Part shown: positions 1 through 11,234 of the stretch, piece by piece
How positions within the stretch are numbered: position 1 is the stretch's first letter
Layout: every line of letters begins with the position of its first letter
Assembly: GCF_004010195.1 (NCBI RefSeq)
Contig: NC_057759.1
Span: forward strand, 3,285,472 to 3,328,566
Direction: 5' to 3'
Source of the DNA: Chiloscyllium plagiosum
Taxonomy: Eukaryota
DNA: 43,095 nucleotides
Notes under the pieces: model-generated
What the model was told of the DNA's origin: nothing
Databases searched by the model: none
What the model saw: only the letters and a program-made list of their open reading frames with translations
Translations under genes and position numbers: made by a program

Positions 1-227
1 CCTCTCCGCCCCCACCCCAGTCTGACCTATCACCCTCACCTTGACCTCTCTCCACCTATCACATTTCCGACGCCCCTCCCCCAAGTCCCTCCTCCCTACC
101 TTTTATCTTAGCCTGCTGGACAAACTTTCCTCATTCCTGAAGAAGGGCTTATGCCCGAAACGTCGATTCTCCTGTTCCCTGGATGCTGCCTGACCTGCTG
201 CATTTTTCCAGCAACACATTTTCAGCT
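1..227 (+). mobile_element. Penelope-like element 3' terminal fragment
   Basis: C-rich stretch, then CTGAAGAAGGGCTTATGCCCGAAACGTCG and GGATGCTGCCTGACCTGCTG..TTCCAGCAACACATTTTCAGCT; a similar tail sits at 4612-4775 on the element that encodes a PLE RT/GIY-YIG ORF. Confidence 0.8.
137..164 (+). ncRNA. Minimal type I hammerhead ribozyme core (PLE-associated)
   Basis: CUGAAGA, extra A, helix II GGGC-UUAU-GCCC, GAAA, then CGUC (palindromic ACGU helix III, GUC triplet). Confidence 0.7.
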
Positions 228-640
228 ATGAGAGTTATTAACCAACCTGTCCCTGTCAGATTCTGCTCTGTGCATCTGGGGGGAGTGCAGTTATTAATCT
301 GTATCTATCAGCTTCTTAAATGTGCAAATTCATTTATCAAACTGTACCTGTCAGGCTTTGCTATGCGAATGTGTTAGTCTAGTTATCAACCTGTACCTGT
401 CGTATTGGTGTCCATGATTATTGTTCGCTCTCTTTCAGTTTCTGCAATGTGAATATGTGAGAGCCGAAATCAATTGATGTCTGTCAGTTTCGGTTGCGGC
501 AATATGAGAGTTTGGGACTTGATGGAAACATGTCAACTTCTGCTGTGTCCATGTGTGAATTTAGGAATTGATCTATACATGCCAGTTTCTGCTGTGTGAC
601 TGTGAGAGTCAAGTTCTCAAGGAGTTCCAGTCACTTTCAA
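228..640 (-). repeat. Degenerate ~47-bp satellite (reverse orientation)
   Basis: Repeated variants of GTTATCAA(C/T)CTGTACCTGTCAGTTTCTGCT, the reverse complement of the unit in 9770-12800. Confidence 0.75.
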
Positions 641-689
641 CTCTTATATACCAAAGTTGCTCAATTCTCTGGCAGCCATTAATATTCTA

Positions 690-908
690 AGAGTCTAATG
701 ATGTCCACGAATCTATTGTTGATTGCCAGAAAAACTCATCTGGTTCAGTAATGTCCTTGAATGAAGGAAACTACCATCCTTTCCTTGTCTGGCCTGCATG
801 TGACTCCAGACCCACATCAATGTGGCTGCATGGGTAGTTCGGGATGGGCAATAAATGCTGGCCGAGTCAGTGATGCCCCCACCCATGAATGAATTAGAAA
901 AAAAAAAA
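690..908 (+). mobile_element. Shark SINE body and 3' tail (GGGCAATAAATGCTGG family)
   Basis: CATCTGGTTCAGTAATGTCC..GACTCCAGACCCAC..GGATGGGCAATAAATGCTGG..ATGAATGAAT followed by an A tract; counterparts at the same position in copies 1 and 2. Confidence 0.7.
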
Positions 909-1344
909 TTCTGTGACTGAGATTCAATCTGATAGTGTTTAGGGTGTTGAGATTGGGCCTTAATCTCTTATGCATATTGTGATTTATGACTCAATCACAG
1001 AATTGATACAACCATTCAGCCTGTTGTGTCTGCACTGGGACATTCTATTCTTTATCTGTCTCCATACTAGTTTCCACTAATTGTTGGGATTCTAATCTTC
1101 ATTCACTCACTGCCAGTGTCTCCGTGTAAATGCCAATTTGAGATTAGTTCTGCAGTTATTGGCCTTTGAATACCTCGAGTACCAGTTTTGCTCTGTGTGC
1201 AACAGTGACAAGTCGAGTATATGGATGCCATTCTCTATGTTCAGTTGTGTTTTTTCAGCAGGGTGTAGGATAAATCCGTTCAATATTTGATAAACCTGTG
1301 TGCTTGAGGCATTAATGTTGGTTCAATAAACATCTTTGCCAAGA

Positions 1345-1404
1345 TTTGGAGATGCCGGTGTTGGACTGCGTGTACAAAGTTAAAGCCTGGTGTTGTGTGA
1401 TTTT
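1345..1404. mobile_element. 60-bp insertion with 14-bp TSD (probable PLE terminal fragment)
   Basis: CATCTTTGCCAAGA at 1331-1344 and 1405-1418; the paralogous sites near 9080 and 26960 have a single copy and no insert. Confidence 0.75.
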
Positions 1405-1879
1405 CATCTTTGCCAAGAATCTGAATTTTATTGTATTCAATCTCAGTTTTCTTTTTACATTGTGCGTGTGTGCAGTAGTCTTTGGCAGTTGCTGCTGGGC
1501 ACTGCAATAATGTAACATCTAATACTAACATCTTCTGAAGCGATTAATAATGTGGTCAATTTATGACTGTCCATATCTGGAAGTAGTTGTGGGCCTAAAT
1601 TGCATTTTTTTTCCCTTTTACCATTAACTGGCTGAGTGAGAGTGAGTTTTGTGTTGTGCTGCCAATCTGTATCACTTTGAAGAGTGGTACTGGTCGAGAT
1701 CACACCAACATTGTCTGTATGTCTCTCTGTGATTCCAGTTCTGATACACTTTGAGGTGGTTTTAAGATCTTATCAATCAGTGTTTCATACATTAAAAAAG
1801 TATGGAAATGCTTCTGCATTACTGAGGCCCTCAACCAGAATGGGAGCGTGCATAAAGTGTGTTTTCATCAACACTAGGC

Positions 1880-1947
1880 TGAGAGTGAGAATGAGACAGA
1901 GAGAGAGAGACAGACAGACAGACAGAGATGTGTATGTACGTATGTGA
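1880..1947 (+). repeat. (GA)n/(GACA)n/(GTAT)n microsatellite
   Basis: GAGACAGAGAGAGAGAGACAGACAGACAGACAGAGATGTGTATGTACGTATG read directly. Confidence 0.9.
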
Positions 1948-2032
1948 ATGAGCATTACGCATCATCTGTGGATATGGCTTGACCAAGAGGTTCATTTGAA
2001 ATTTACATTGTTTGATTATTGTCTTTGTACAG

Positions 2033-2147
2033 GACAAATGTTTATCAAAAGAATAATTTTGTCCTGCTCAGTTACTCATAAATGTCCAACATTGCTTCTA
2101 TATCTGCACTCAAATATACACTTCATACAAATATTTGTTATAACCAT
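2033..2147 (+). pseudogene. Decayed exon, paralog of exon E (24911-25021)
   Basis: TTGTCTTTGTACAG acceptor and CAT|GTAAC donor; aligns to the reverse complement of 24911-25021 with frame disruption. Confidence 0.45.
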
Positions 2148-3039
2148 GTAACACCATGATCGGTTTGTTCTAATTGATTGTAACTTTAAAAATGCCAAAT
2201 CTACATATGAATTTAATGTAGCTCAAATGTATATTTATTATAAGCATACAGTCTAACCTGCTTCTCATCTTATGAATGATAATTGGCTTTGAATAATGGA
2301 ATTTACTGTCATGGAGGTGACAAGCACTGAGAAGAGGGCAGAATAATATAGATTTATATATCGTCAGTTGTGTTTAACTCTTGGATTGAATGTGTACTTC
2401 TGGAAATGGAGCTCAATGTGCGCCTGACTCAATCCACTCTGATTGTGGAAAGGACCTTCTCCTCTCTAACAGTGGTAACATACCTGCTGGGTGTGAGAAG
2501 CAGTTGGTCACTCTTGGATTGATCCATCAAATATTTGCCTGGAGAAAGACAAAAGAGAAAGCTCCTGTACATCACTAGCAGCTGAGTAGGAAGATATCAA
2601 ATGATCAATGCAATATTCAGGTCATGATCATTACAATTCTTTGTTTTTGAACAGGGCAAGGTGAACAGTGCAGATCCTGGTTCCACTCGAGCCCTGAGCT
2701 CCTTCCAGTCTTTTTCTGTTTCCCAAATTCTAAAACATTTCACTTAGATAAAATAAACTCACCAACATATGGACATCTCCACAAATGGAATGATTGCACA
2801 GTTCAATGTCCAGCTCCCAATACATTAACTGTTAAAAAACAAATTGGGCAGGATTTCACATACTTGGAGACGTTTATCCGGTGCCTGCTATATTTATCTT
2901 ACACAGGATTATCACATTTGTTTCTATTGTCCTTTATTTCAATGTCTATTCGCAATAAACAACGTGAAACAGAAGCCAAACAATAAATTCTCATCAGTGT
3001 TTAGGGGATTGCAAACCCCAAGAATGTCCCACAGCAGCT

Positions 3040-3430
3040 TCTTCCCGCTCTGCCTCCCTCAGCAGGCCCACACACAGCCCGAGAAAGGCCTCTCTCTTCC
3101 CCCCAGCCCGCTCACTCCAAGTTCCTGCTCCACTCGGCCTCTTACAAACAGCCCCCGCTTCTCCCTGAACTCACCCCGAATCAATCCCGGTCTCGGAGCC
3201 CCCTCTGTGTCCCAGGCTCCCATCCCGATGTGCTGCTGGAAGGAGCCTGCTGTTCCCTCGCTTCCCTGGGTGCTGATCTCTCCATTGCAGTCTGTTCCAA
3301 ACAAACCTCTTGCACTCACTGAGTAAATGCTCCTCAATGGCAGCGCTGGGGGAGGGCAGCTCCTCTGGTCAGGAACAATCAGCATTGGGGGAGGTGAGCT
3401 TGCGATGAGGCATTGCGCATGCGATGTTTT
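3040..3430 (-). promoter_or_regulatory. GC-rich promoter/first-exon-like region with NRF1-like motif
   Basis: Locally high GC and CpG; TGCGCATGCG at 3414-3423; minus-strand donor GGG|GTGAGT with exon end at 3175; a gcaATGg start upstream of that donor. Confidence 0.4.
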
Positions 3431-4009
3431 CCCCAAAACAAACATCAATTGGTCATTTCCCCAATTCCCTTTTCTCCCAGTTTGATCAAAGGAACTGAGG
3501 CTGTGGGAGAAAGGGTAGAGAACGTTTCAAGCTGGGAATTGCCCCTTTATGAAGCTCCAGTGGAGCTCATTCCCGGGTCATGTTAATAACTCCTCCCTCC
3601 GGCTCTCTCAATTTGATCAGGGAGCGGAGAAGCTGGAGGCCACTCGGCCCATCCTCTGTGCTCCCCCATTCGATAACATCACGTCTGATCAAACGTTAAC
3701 TGTGGTATTTAATCCTGCTGACCCCTCATCCACAAATATTAACTCCTTGCCCAAAGTAGCATACAGAGAGATGGAATGAGTGGAACATTCTTACGAAGGC
3801 TGAAAATTACTGATGGAGAGAATCTTGCATCACAGTGTCGGTGCTTATTTCTGGGTCAGGAGGCATGTGCAAAAGTCAGACCAGATGCGCAATAACACCT
3901 CAGGGACTCGATTTAGTTTTTCGTGGATGACAGATTTTAGTGTCATGTATGCTGCAGACAGAAACGTTGTGATGTATTGAATGCCACAACGAGAGACCCC
4001 AGCTGTTTT

Positions 4010-4310
4010 TGTTTATTTACTCCTGGAACGTGGATGTCGCTGGCTGAGCCTACCATTTATTCTCCATCCCTTTTGAGAAGGCGGTGGTGAGCCACCTTCT
4101 GGAACAGCTGTTGTCCATGTGCTGCCCACAATGCCACGAATAGGGAGTTCCAGGGTCTTGATCCAGTGTCAGTGAAAGAAAGCGGTTTTATTTCTAAGTC
4201 AGCATGGTGAGTGCCTTAGAGGGGAACCTGTCTGACATCAAGGCGGTGTTCCCTGACATCAGCTGCCTTTATCGTTTTGGATGGAAGTAGTCGCGATTTC
4301 GAAGGTTCTC
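4010..4310 (-). mobile_element. LINE 3' fragment (family also at ~20330, ~37715, ~42595)
   Basis: CATTTATT..CCATCCC..TTGAGAAGGCGGTGGTGAGCCACCTTCTGGAA..GGGAGTTCCAGG, repeated elsewhere in the window. Confidence 0.6.
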
Positions 4311-4611
4311 CTTTTACAAATTACAAAACTCGAATCTCTTTGTCAGCGGCACAGACAGACGTCTCTCTGACCGATAGAGTGGTCAGAAGAGTGTGTTGTC
4401 TCCCTGATGTCAGGATCAAGAATATCTCGGAGAGAGTGCAGATATTCACAAAGGGGCTTACACATTGGAACTAACTACACAGGAAGGGAAAGATATGAGA
4501 TTCCGAAGGAAGAATAAGGAAGAGAGGCAAGAATTTAGAAAGGAGGTCCTCTCCGGTAGTAATACCTAGATTACTCCCGCTGCTACAAGCGACTGAGTGT
4601 AGGAATAGGAT

Positions 4612-5440
4612 TCTGGATCAGTGGTGCTGGAAGAGCACAGCAATTCAGGCAGCATCCGAGGACAGGCAAAATCGACGTTTCGGGCAAAAGCCCTTCATCA
4701 GGAATAAAGGCAGAGAGCCTGAAGCATGGAGAGATAAGCTAGAGGAGGGTGGGGGTGGGAGAGAGTGGCATAGAAGTCAGTAAGTGAGTTGCTCGCTGCA
4801 GTATTCCCAGTCTCTGACCTGCACTTGTAGCCACAGTATTTGGTCATTTAGATATTGTGGGGAATTCAACAATGGCAATGCTTTTGGATGGTAATGATTA
4901 GATCTCATGAATAAAGGCTGTGGATGATTGTGTGAGGAATGATGGTCCAGTCTCCCCAATGTAGAGGAGTCCGCATCGGGAGCAACGGATACAATAGATG
5001 ATATTAGTGGATGTGCAGGTAAATCTTTGATGGATGTGGAAAGCTCCTTTGGGGCCTTGGATGGAGGTGAGGGAGGAGGTGTGGGCGCAGGTTTTACAGT
5101 TCCTGCGGTGGCAGGGGAAAGTTCCAGGATGGGAGGGTGGGTCGTAGGGGGGCGTGGACCTGACCAGGTAGTCACGGAGGGAACGGTCTTTGCGGAAGGC
5201 TGAGAGGGGTGGGGAGGGAAATATATCCCTGGTGGTGGGGTCTGTTTGGAGGTGGCGGAAATGTCGGCGGATGGTTTGGTTTATGCGAAGGTTGGTAGGG
5301 TGGAAGGTGAGCACCAGGGGCGTTCTGTCCTTGTTGCGGTTGGAGGGGTTGGGTCTGAGGGCGGAGGTGCGGGATGTGGATGAGATGCGTTGGAGGGCAT
5401 CTTTAACCACGTGGGAAGGGAAATTGCGGTCTCTAAAGAA
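4612..5440 (-). mobile_element. 5'-truncated Penelope-like element nested in CR1 ORF1, 12-bp TSD
   Basis: TAGGAATAGGAT at 4600-4611 and 5441-5452; ORF 4898-5569 contains PLVLTFHP, GTFPCHRRNCKTCAH and FTCTSTNIIYCIRCSRCGLLYIGET (PLE linker and start of GIY-YIG). Confidence 0.9.
4674..4701 (-). ncRNA. Minimal type I hammerhead ribozyme core
   Basis: Minus strand reads CUGAUGA-A-GGGC-UUUU-GCCC-GAAA-CGUC, in the PLE tail. Confidence 0.75.
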
Positions 5441-7143
5441 TAGGAATAGGATGATAGAGCAGAGGAATGCCCAACTCAGGAGCTGGTGCAGGGAGAGGTG
5501 TTCAAATTTTTGGTTCATTGGAATCTCTTCTGGGGAAGACGTGACTTGTAGAAAAAGGATGGCATACACCTGAATTGAAAGGGATCTACTATATTGGCAG
5601 GGTCACTTCCTTGAGCTACTGGGGAGGGGTTAAACTCGTAAGGTGTGGGCGTGGGGTGAGGTCAGTAGGAACCGGGGAGATAGTGAACAAAGATATCAAT
5701 CTGAGGCTGGTAGTCGGTAAGTCAAACACCCAGGGTAGACAGGAACATAGCAGAGAATGAGGTTGGATTGATAACTTAAACTGCATTTACTTCAATGCAA
5801 GAGGCCTTACAGGGGAGGAGGATGAACTCAGGACATGGTTAGGAAAATGGGATTGGAATTGGGATATCATAGCAATTACAGAGACATGGTTTGGGATGAC
5901 ACAACTGGCAGCTTAATGTTCCAGGAATCAAATGTTATAGGAAGGATGGGAGGAGGGGTCAGCAAGAGAAAATGGGGAGTGACATGTTTGGTAAGAGATA
6001 AGATCACACCTTTACTGAGGGAGGATATTCCTGGGCTTATATCCATGGAAATTATTTGGATGGGAAATGAGAAATAAGAAAGGATTTGATCACCTTATTG
6101 GGATTGGACTGTAGACACCCTAACAGTCAGCAGGAAATTGAGAAACAAATTTGTCAGGAGATCTTAGATCTGCAGGAATAATGGTGTGGTTATGATGAGG
6201 GATTTTAGCATTCCAAACATAGATTATGACTGCCAAATTGTTAATGGTTTAGACAGAAAGGAATTTCTTAAGTGTGTACAAGAAATGTTTCTGATTCAGT
6301 ATGTGAATGCATCGTCTAGACAAGCTGCAAATCTTGACCTACTCTTGTGATATAATGATGTCAGTGGGGGAGCACTTTGGGGCCAACGACCATAATTTTA
6401 TGAGTTTTAAAACTCTGATCGAAAAGGATATACCAGATCTAAGATAAATTTCTAATTTGGAGGAAGACCAATCTTGAAAGTATTGTGCGAAAACTTTCAA
6501 AAGTTGACTGAGGGCAGATGTTCACAGACAAAGTGATGGCTGAAAAATGGAAAGCCTTCAAAAATGAGAAAATGAGGGTACAGAGACAGTATGTTCCTTT
6601 TCGGGTGAAAGGCATGACTGGTAGGTGTAGGAAGTGCTGCATGAGAAAAGAATTTGAGGTTTTGGTCCAAATAAGAAGGAACCATATGTTAGTAGAATAC
6701 AGGAGAGGTTGAGTGAATCCTTCGAAGCGTATAAAGGCAGTAGGGATATGCTTAAAAAGGAAACGAGGAGGACAAAAAAGGGACATAACATACCTTTGGC
6801 AAATAGTGTTAAGGAGAATTCCAATAGATTTTATAAATACATGAATGTCAAAAGGGTAACCAGGGAAAGAAGAGGGTCCAGGGAAAGAAGAGGGTCCAGC
6901 AAAGATTAGCAAGGCAGCCTATGTGTGGAAGAAAAGGAAAAGTGGGAGATACTAAGCGAGTGCTTACTGAGGAGAAGGAAATGGAAGATATAGAACGTGG
7001 TGAAACAAATAGTGACATCTTTTAAAATGTCCATAATACAGAGGAGGTGCTGCTGGATGACTTTAAACAGAAAAGGTGGATAAAACACGAGCACCCGATC
7101 AGGTGGACCTGGAACATAGTGACAAGCTAGGGAAGTGATTGTT

Positions 7144-7716
7144 ATAGAGTCAGAGATGTACAGCATGGAAACAGACTCTTCGGTCCAACCCGTCCATGCC
7201 AACCAGTTATCCCAACCCAATCTAGTCCCACCTGCCAGCACCCGGCCCGTATCCCTCCAAACCCTTCCTATTCATTTACCCATCCAAATTCCTATTAAAT
7301 GTTGCAATTGTACCAGCCTCCACCACATCCTCTGGCAGCTCTTTCCATACACGTACCACCCTCTGCGTGAAAAAGTTGCCCCTTAGGTCTCTTTTATATT
7401 TTTCCCCTCTCACCCTAAACCTATGCCCTCTAGTTCTGGACTCCCCAACCTCAGGGAAAAGACTTTGTCTATTTATCCTATCCATGCCCCTCATAATTTT
7501 GTAAACCTCTATAAGGTCACGCCTCAGCCTCCGACGTTCCAGGGAAAACAGCCCCAGCCTGTTCAGCATCTCCCTGTAGCTCAGATCCTTCAACCCTGGC
7601 AACATTCTTGTAAATCTTTTCTGAACCCTTTCAAGTTTCACAACATCTTTCCAATTGGAAGGAGATCAGAATTGCATGCAACATTCCAACAGTGGCCTAA
7701 CCAATGTCCTGTACAG
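7144..7716 (-). mobile_element. Young CR1 LINE 3' end
   Basis: ORF 7276-7641 LERVQKRFTRMLPGL..LGLFSLERRRLRRDLIEVYKIMRG..TRGH..NFFTQRVV is the CR1 ORF2 C-terminus, followed by the 3' UTR. Confidence 0.9.
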
Positions 7717-7938
7717 CAAAGAATCAGGATATAGTTTTCTGAAGGAGTCATTGGAATCTGATCATTACTATTTAAATCATTGCAGAATGAAAGAGAAAGC
7801 CAAAATTTGTCGGTTTGTCAAGCTGCTCATTTTTTTTCCCCAACAGGAGTTGATATTTAAATTGTTAAATTCAATGTATTGAACTATTCTTCACAGAATG
7901 GTGGAAAATAAAAGTCCTTTTGATTTTCCCCTCCCTAC

Positions 7939-8024
7939 CATAGAGCAACACAAGAGTCTGCTAATGGCTTGCACCAAATCCTGTCCACATTGGTAAATAA
8001 AATAGAATTTGCCAATTCTCTTTC
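7939..8024 (-). pseudogene. Exon B of unidentified gene (copy 1, open frame)
   Basis: GTGTTCCTTGTACAG acceptor, TG|GTAGGG donor, 86 nt, phase 0 to 2: ERELANSILFTNVDRIWCKPLADSCVAL. Confidence 0.55.
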
Positions 8025-8169
8025 CTGTACAAGGAACACTGTGGTCAGTCAGCTGCAATGCAGTTAAAGTGTTCACTTAGTTGCAAATGGGTTTGATTAA
8101 TACTGGTCATCAATTTATCGGTTAAAACATGTCACAATGCAAACATTGATAGCAGTCTGAAAACCAGAC

Positions 8170-8246
8170 CTTGATATCCCCATTGTTCCCGGTTAGACTC
8201 TGCACTATAGGAGTTACAAAAGTCCATTGCTTTTCTCCCCTTGATT
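8170..8246 (-). pseudogene. Exon A of unidentified gene (copy 1, open frame)
   Basis: GTGCTTTTCTTCAG acceptor, AAG|GTCTGG donor, 77 nt, phase 1 to 0: SRGEKQWTFVTPIVQSLTGNNGDIK; phase-compatible with exon B. Confidence 0.55.
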
Positions 8247-9514
8247 CTGAAGAAAAGCACAGATGCTTTTCTGCTGCAATGTACTGCATGTTCAGTTGTC
8301 CATGGATCCTACAGGCACTAAGGCTAAAGGACATTGGCTGTGGACATTATCGAACGACATGTGCAGTGCCAGAGATTAATAGATATACAAACACATCCAC
8401 TTTCACAGACAGGAGCTGACTCCATTGGCAATGGATTAGTACCTCATTCATGTCAAGTAGCAGAAGTTTGAACACTGAAGTACAGTAGCAGTTACTAAAA
8501 GTGACATGTTTCAATTTGAATGACACTGAAGCACTGTGAAACACAATAACTAAGAATAAGAAGCACATTGATATCTAGTGTCAGAAAGTGAATGAATCTC
8601 ATTCTCATACTGAGCCTGGTGCTGATGAACACACACTTCCTCCACACTCATATTCTGGTTGACGGCCTGAGTTATGCAGAAGCATTTCCATACTTTTTCA
8701 GGATATGAAACACTGATATATAAGGCATTAAACCCACCTCATAAAGTGTATCAGATCATGACAGGCAGAATTGGAAACACAAGGCGACATTAAAAAAAAA
8801 GTATCAGTGTGATATAGACTACTGCCACTCCTTTAAAGTGATACAGATTGGCAGCACAACAGAAAACTCACTCACACACAGCCAGTTAATGCTGAAAGGG
8901 AAAAAAAAAAGAAATTTAGGCCCAGGTATTTCCAAATATGGATAGTTATAAATTGATTCACCAAACCATTAATCTTTTCAGTTAGTGTCAGATGTTATAT
9001 CTTAGTGTCCAGCAGCAACTGATAAAGATTACTCCATACACAAAATATTAAAAAAAGTCAATGCAATAAAATTCAGATTCATGGCAAAGATAACATTAAT
9101 CCCTCAATCACAATAGGTTAGTGAATATTGATCAAGTTTATCCTACACTCAGACCAAAAAAACAAAACTGAACACGGAAAGAGAATGAGATCCACATACT
9201 CTACCTGATGCTATTGCCCACAGAACAAAACTGGTACTATAGTTATCAAAGACAGGTAACTGAAGAAATAATCTCAAATTAGCATTTAGATAGAGATACT
9301 GGCAGTGAGTGGTTAAAGTTCAGAATCCCAACAGTTAATGGAAACTAGTATGGAGAACAGGTGAAGAACAGAATGTCCCAGTCTGGACACAAATTGGCCG
9401 AATGGCTGTACCAATTCTGTGACTCTACCATAAATGACATAATGCAGAAGAGTTTAAGTCCCAATCACAACACCCTAAAATCTACTATCACAGTATCAAT
9501 CAGTCACAGAGAAT

Positions 9515-9745
9515 TCTTTTTCCTAAATTCATTCACTGGATGAGAGAATCACTGGCAAGGCCAGCATTTATTGCCCATCCCTAACTGCCCAGTGGGTAGT
9601 TATTTGTCAGCCACATTGCTGTGGGTCTGGAGACACATGTAGGCCAGACCAAGTAAGGATGGCAGCTTCTTTCCTTAAAGGACATTAGTGAACCAGATGG
9701 CAAGCAAGAATAGATTCCTTGTCACCATTGGACTCATGGAATATT
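9515..9745 (-). mobile_element. Shark SINE (same insertion as 690-908 and 27385-27625)
   Basis: CCAGCATTTATTGCCCATCCC..GGGTCTGGAGACACATGTAGGCCAGACC..GGACATTAGTGAACCAGATG. Confidence 0.7.
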
Positions 9746-10296
9746 ATTGGCTGTCAACGAATTAAGCAACTTTTGATGCATGAGAGTTGAAAGTGACTGG
9801 TACTGATTGAACACTTGACGTTCAGTCACACAGCACAAACTGACAAGGTTAGCTCAATTCCTGAACTCTCATGGACGCAACAAAAACTGATAGGCGGAGA
9901 TTGATGGCTGCTCTCACATATTCACTCTGCTGAAACTGAAAGGGAGAGCAGGATACTTAAACACCCCCACCCCCAAACCCCCACATACCCTTCAAAAACA
10001 CTGGCAGGTACAATCTGATAAATGCATTTGCACATTTATAAACTAGACATTGACAAATACAGATTCACAGCTACATCCTGAGTTACACAGAGCAGAATAT
10101 AACAGGGACAGATTGGTCAATCACACTCAAATGCACGTGGCAGGACATTTCAGAGGAAGACATTCTCATTCACAAAGCAGAAACTTATTGGAACAGATTG
10201 ATAACACTCTGTTTCAAATTACTTAAATTGACATGTATGGTTTGATAATGACACTCTCATATTCACAGGAGAAACTGACAGGTAGAGATTGATAAC

Positions 10297-10995
10297 AGAA
10301 GAAATCAGAGTTACATTTGAGGTCTAGTGACCCTTCCTCAGAACTGAGTGTGTGCATTTTTCTAGCTGCCACGTGGTCTTCTCTATTCTGGGGAAACTGA
10401 GTGTAGATTGGGTGTCCACTTTGCCAAACACCTACATTCTGTCCAGAAAACAAGACCCTGACCTTTCACTTGCCCGCCACTTCAACACACCACCCAGTTC
10501 CCTAATGAACATCTCTGCCTCAGGCTTGCTGCAGTGCTCCAGCTAAAGCTCAGTGCAAGCTGGAAGGACAGTACCTCATTTTCTGGTTGGGAACACAACA
10601 GCCTTCTGGATCCAATACTGAGTTTTACTACTAGGGCTAGAGCTTTCCCATGTCATTACCCAGAACCTCTCACCCCAGGCCTCGTTATCACAAGGTTTGC
10701 TATTATACACCAACAGTCACTAACAGTCCCTGTTAATAGTGATTCACCTTCCTCGTCTGACCGTATTCTTTGGATTCTATATCCATCTACCATTTACTCC
10801 TGACCCTTCAACATACCCTACCTTCTGCTTAAAAACTAATCATTTCCTGGCTACCATCAGTTCTCAGGAAGGGTTACTGGACTGGAAATTTTAGCTCTGA
10901 TTTCTGTCCACAGACTCCGTCAGACTTGCTGAGCTTTTCCAGCAATTTGATTTTGTTTCTGACATCCAGCATCTGCAGTTCTTTTGGTTTTCATT
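10297..10995 (+). mobile_element. Old PLE fragment (GIY-YIG and tail) with inverted 5' segment
   Basis: Degenerate GIY-YIG peptide (LARHFNTPPSSLMNISASGLLQC); 10297-10350 is an inverted copy of the tail near 10855-10905; TSD-like TAGAGATT(G/A)ATAAC at 10283-10296 and 10996-11009. Confidence 0.75.
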
Positions 10996-11234
10996 TAGAG
11001 ATTAATAACTACATTTTCATATTTACAGAGCAGAAACTACCAGGGAAAATTGATAACTACATTCACATGTTCACAAAAGAAAATTTGTCAGGCAAACATT
11101 GATAAATACACTCACCTTTACAATTCGGACCCTGATTGGGAAGGATTCTTAATTAAACTTAACTAAACCTTCACAAAGCAAAACCTGACAGGGACTGTTA
11201 AAAACTAACTTCTCCTATTCACATAGCAGAAACT

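Larger units (their letters stand above)
228..2668. repeat. Segmental duplication copy 3 (inverted, internally deleted)
   Basis: About 228-1885 is the reverse complement of ~8610-10200 and ~26495-27900; about 1930-2668 is the reverse complement of ~24400-25115; the segment matching ~25190-26490 is absent. Confidence 0.85.
4330..7140 (+). mobile_element. Degenerate CR1 LINE (ORF1 esterase and ORF2 endonuclease), interrupted by a PLE
   Basis: ORF1-like RRVCCLPDVRIKNISERVQ; AP endonuclease start LNCIYFNARGL..DIIAITETW near 5775-5890; many stops and frameshifts. Confidence 0.85.

Noticed and set aside
2844..3448. Overlapping 160-aa and 129-aa ORFs
   Set aside because: Pro/Ser/Gly-rich frames expected from a GC-rich island; no domain recognised.
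4777..5573. ORFs 4777-5175 and 5190-5573 as host genes
   Set aside because: Alternative-frame and antisense reads of the PLE ORF.
6860..6900. 18-19-bp tandem repeat CCAGGGAAA(A)GAAGAGGGT
   Set aside because: Ordinary slippage duplication within a dead CR1.
8340..9500. snoRNA or other ncRNA explaining conservation between copies
   Set aside because: No convincing C/D or H/ACA box pairs with terminal stems were seen; similarity is explained by segmental duplication.
10858..10895. Further hammerheads here and at ~28455-28490
   Set aside because: Core mutated (CTCAGGA instead of CTGANGA, broken helix II, GAAATTT); relics only.
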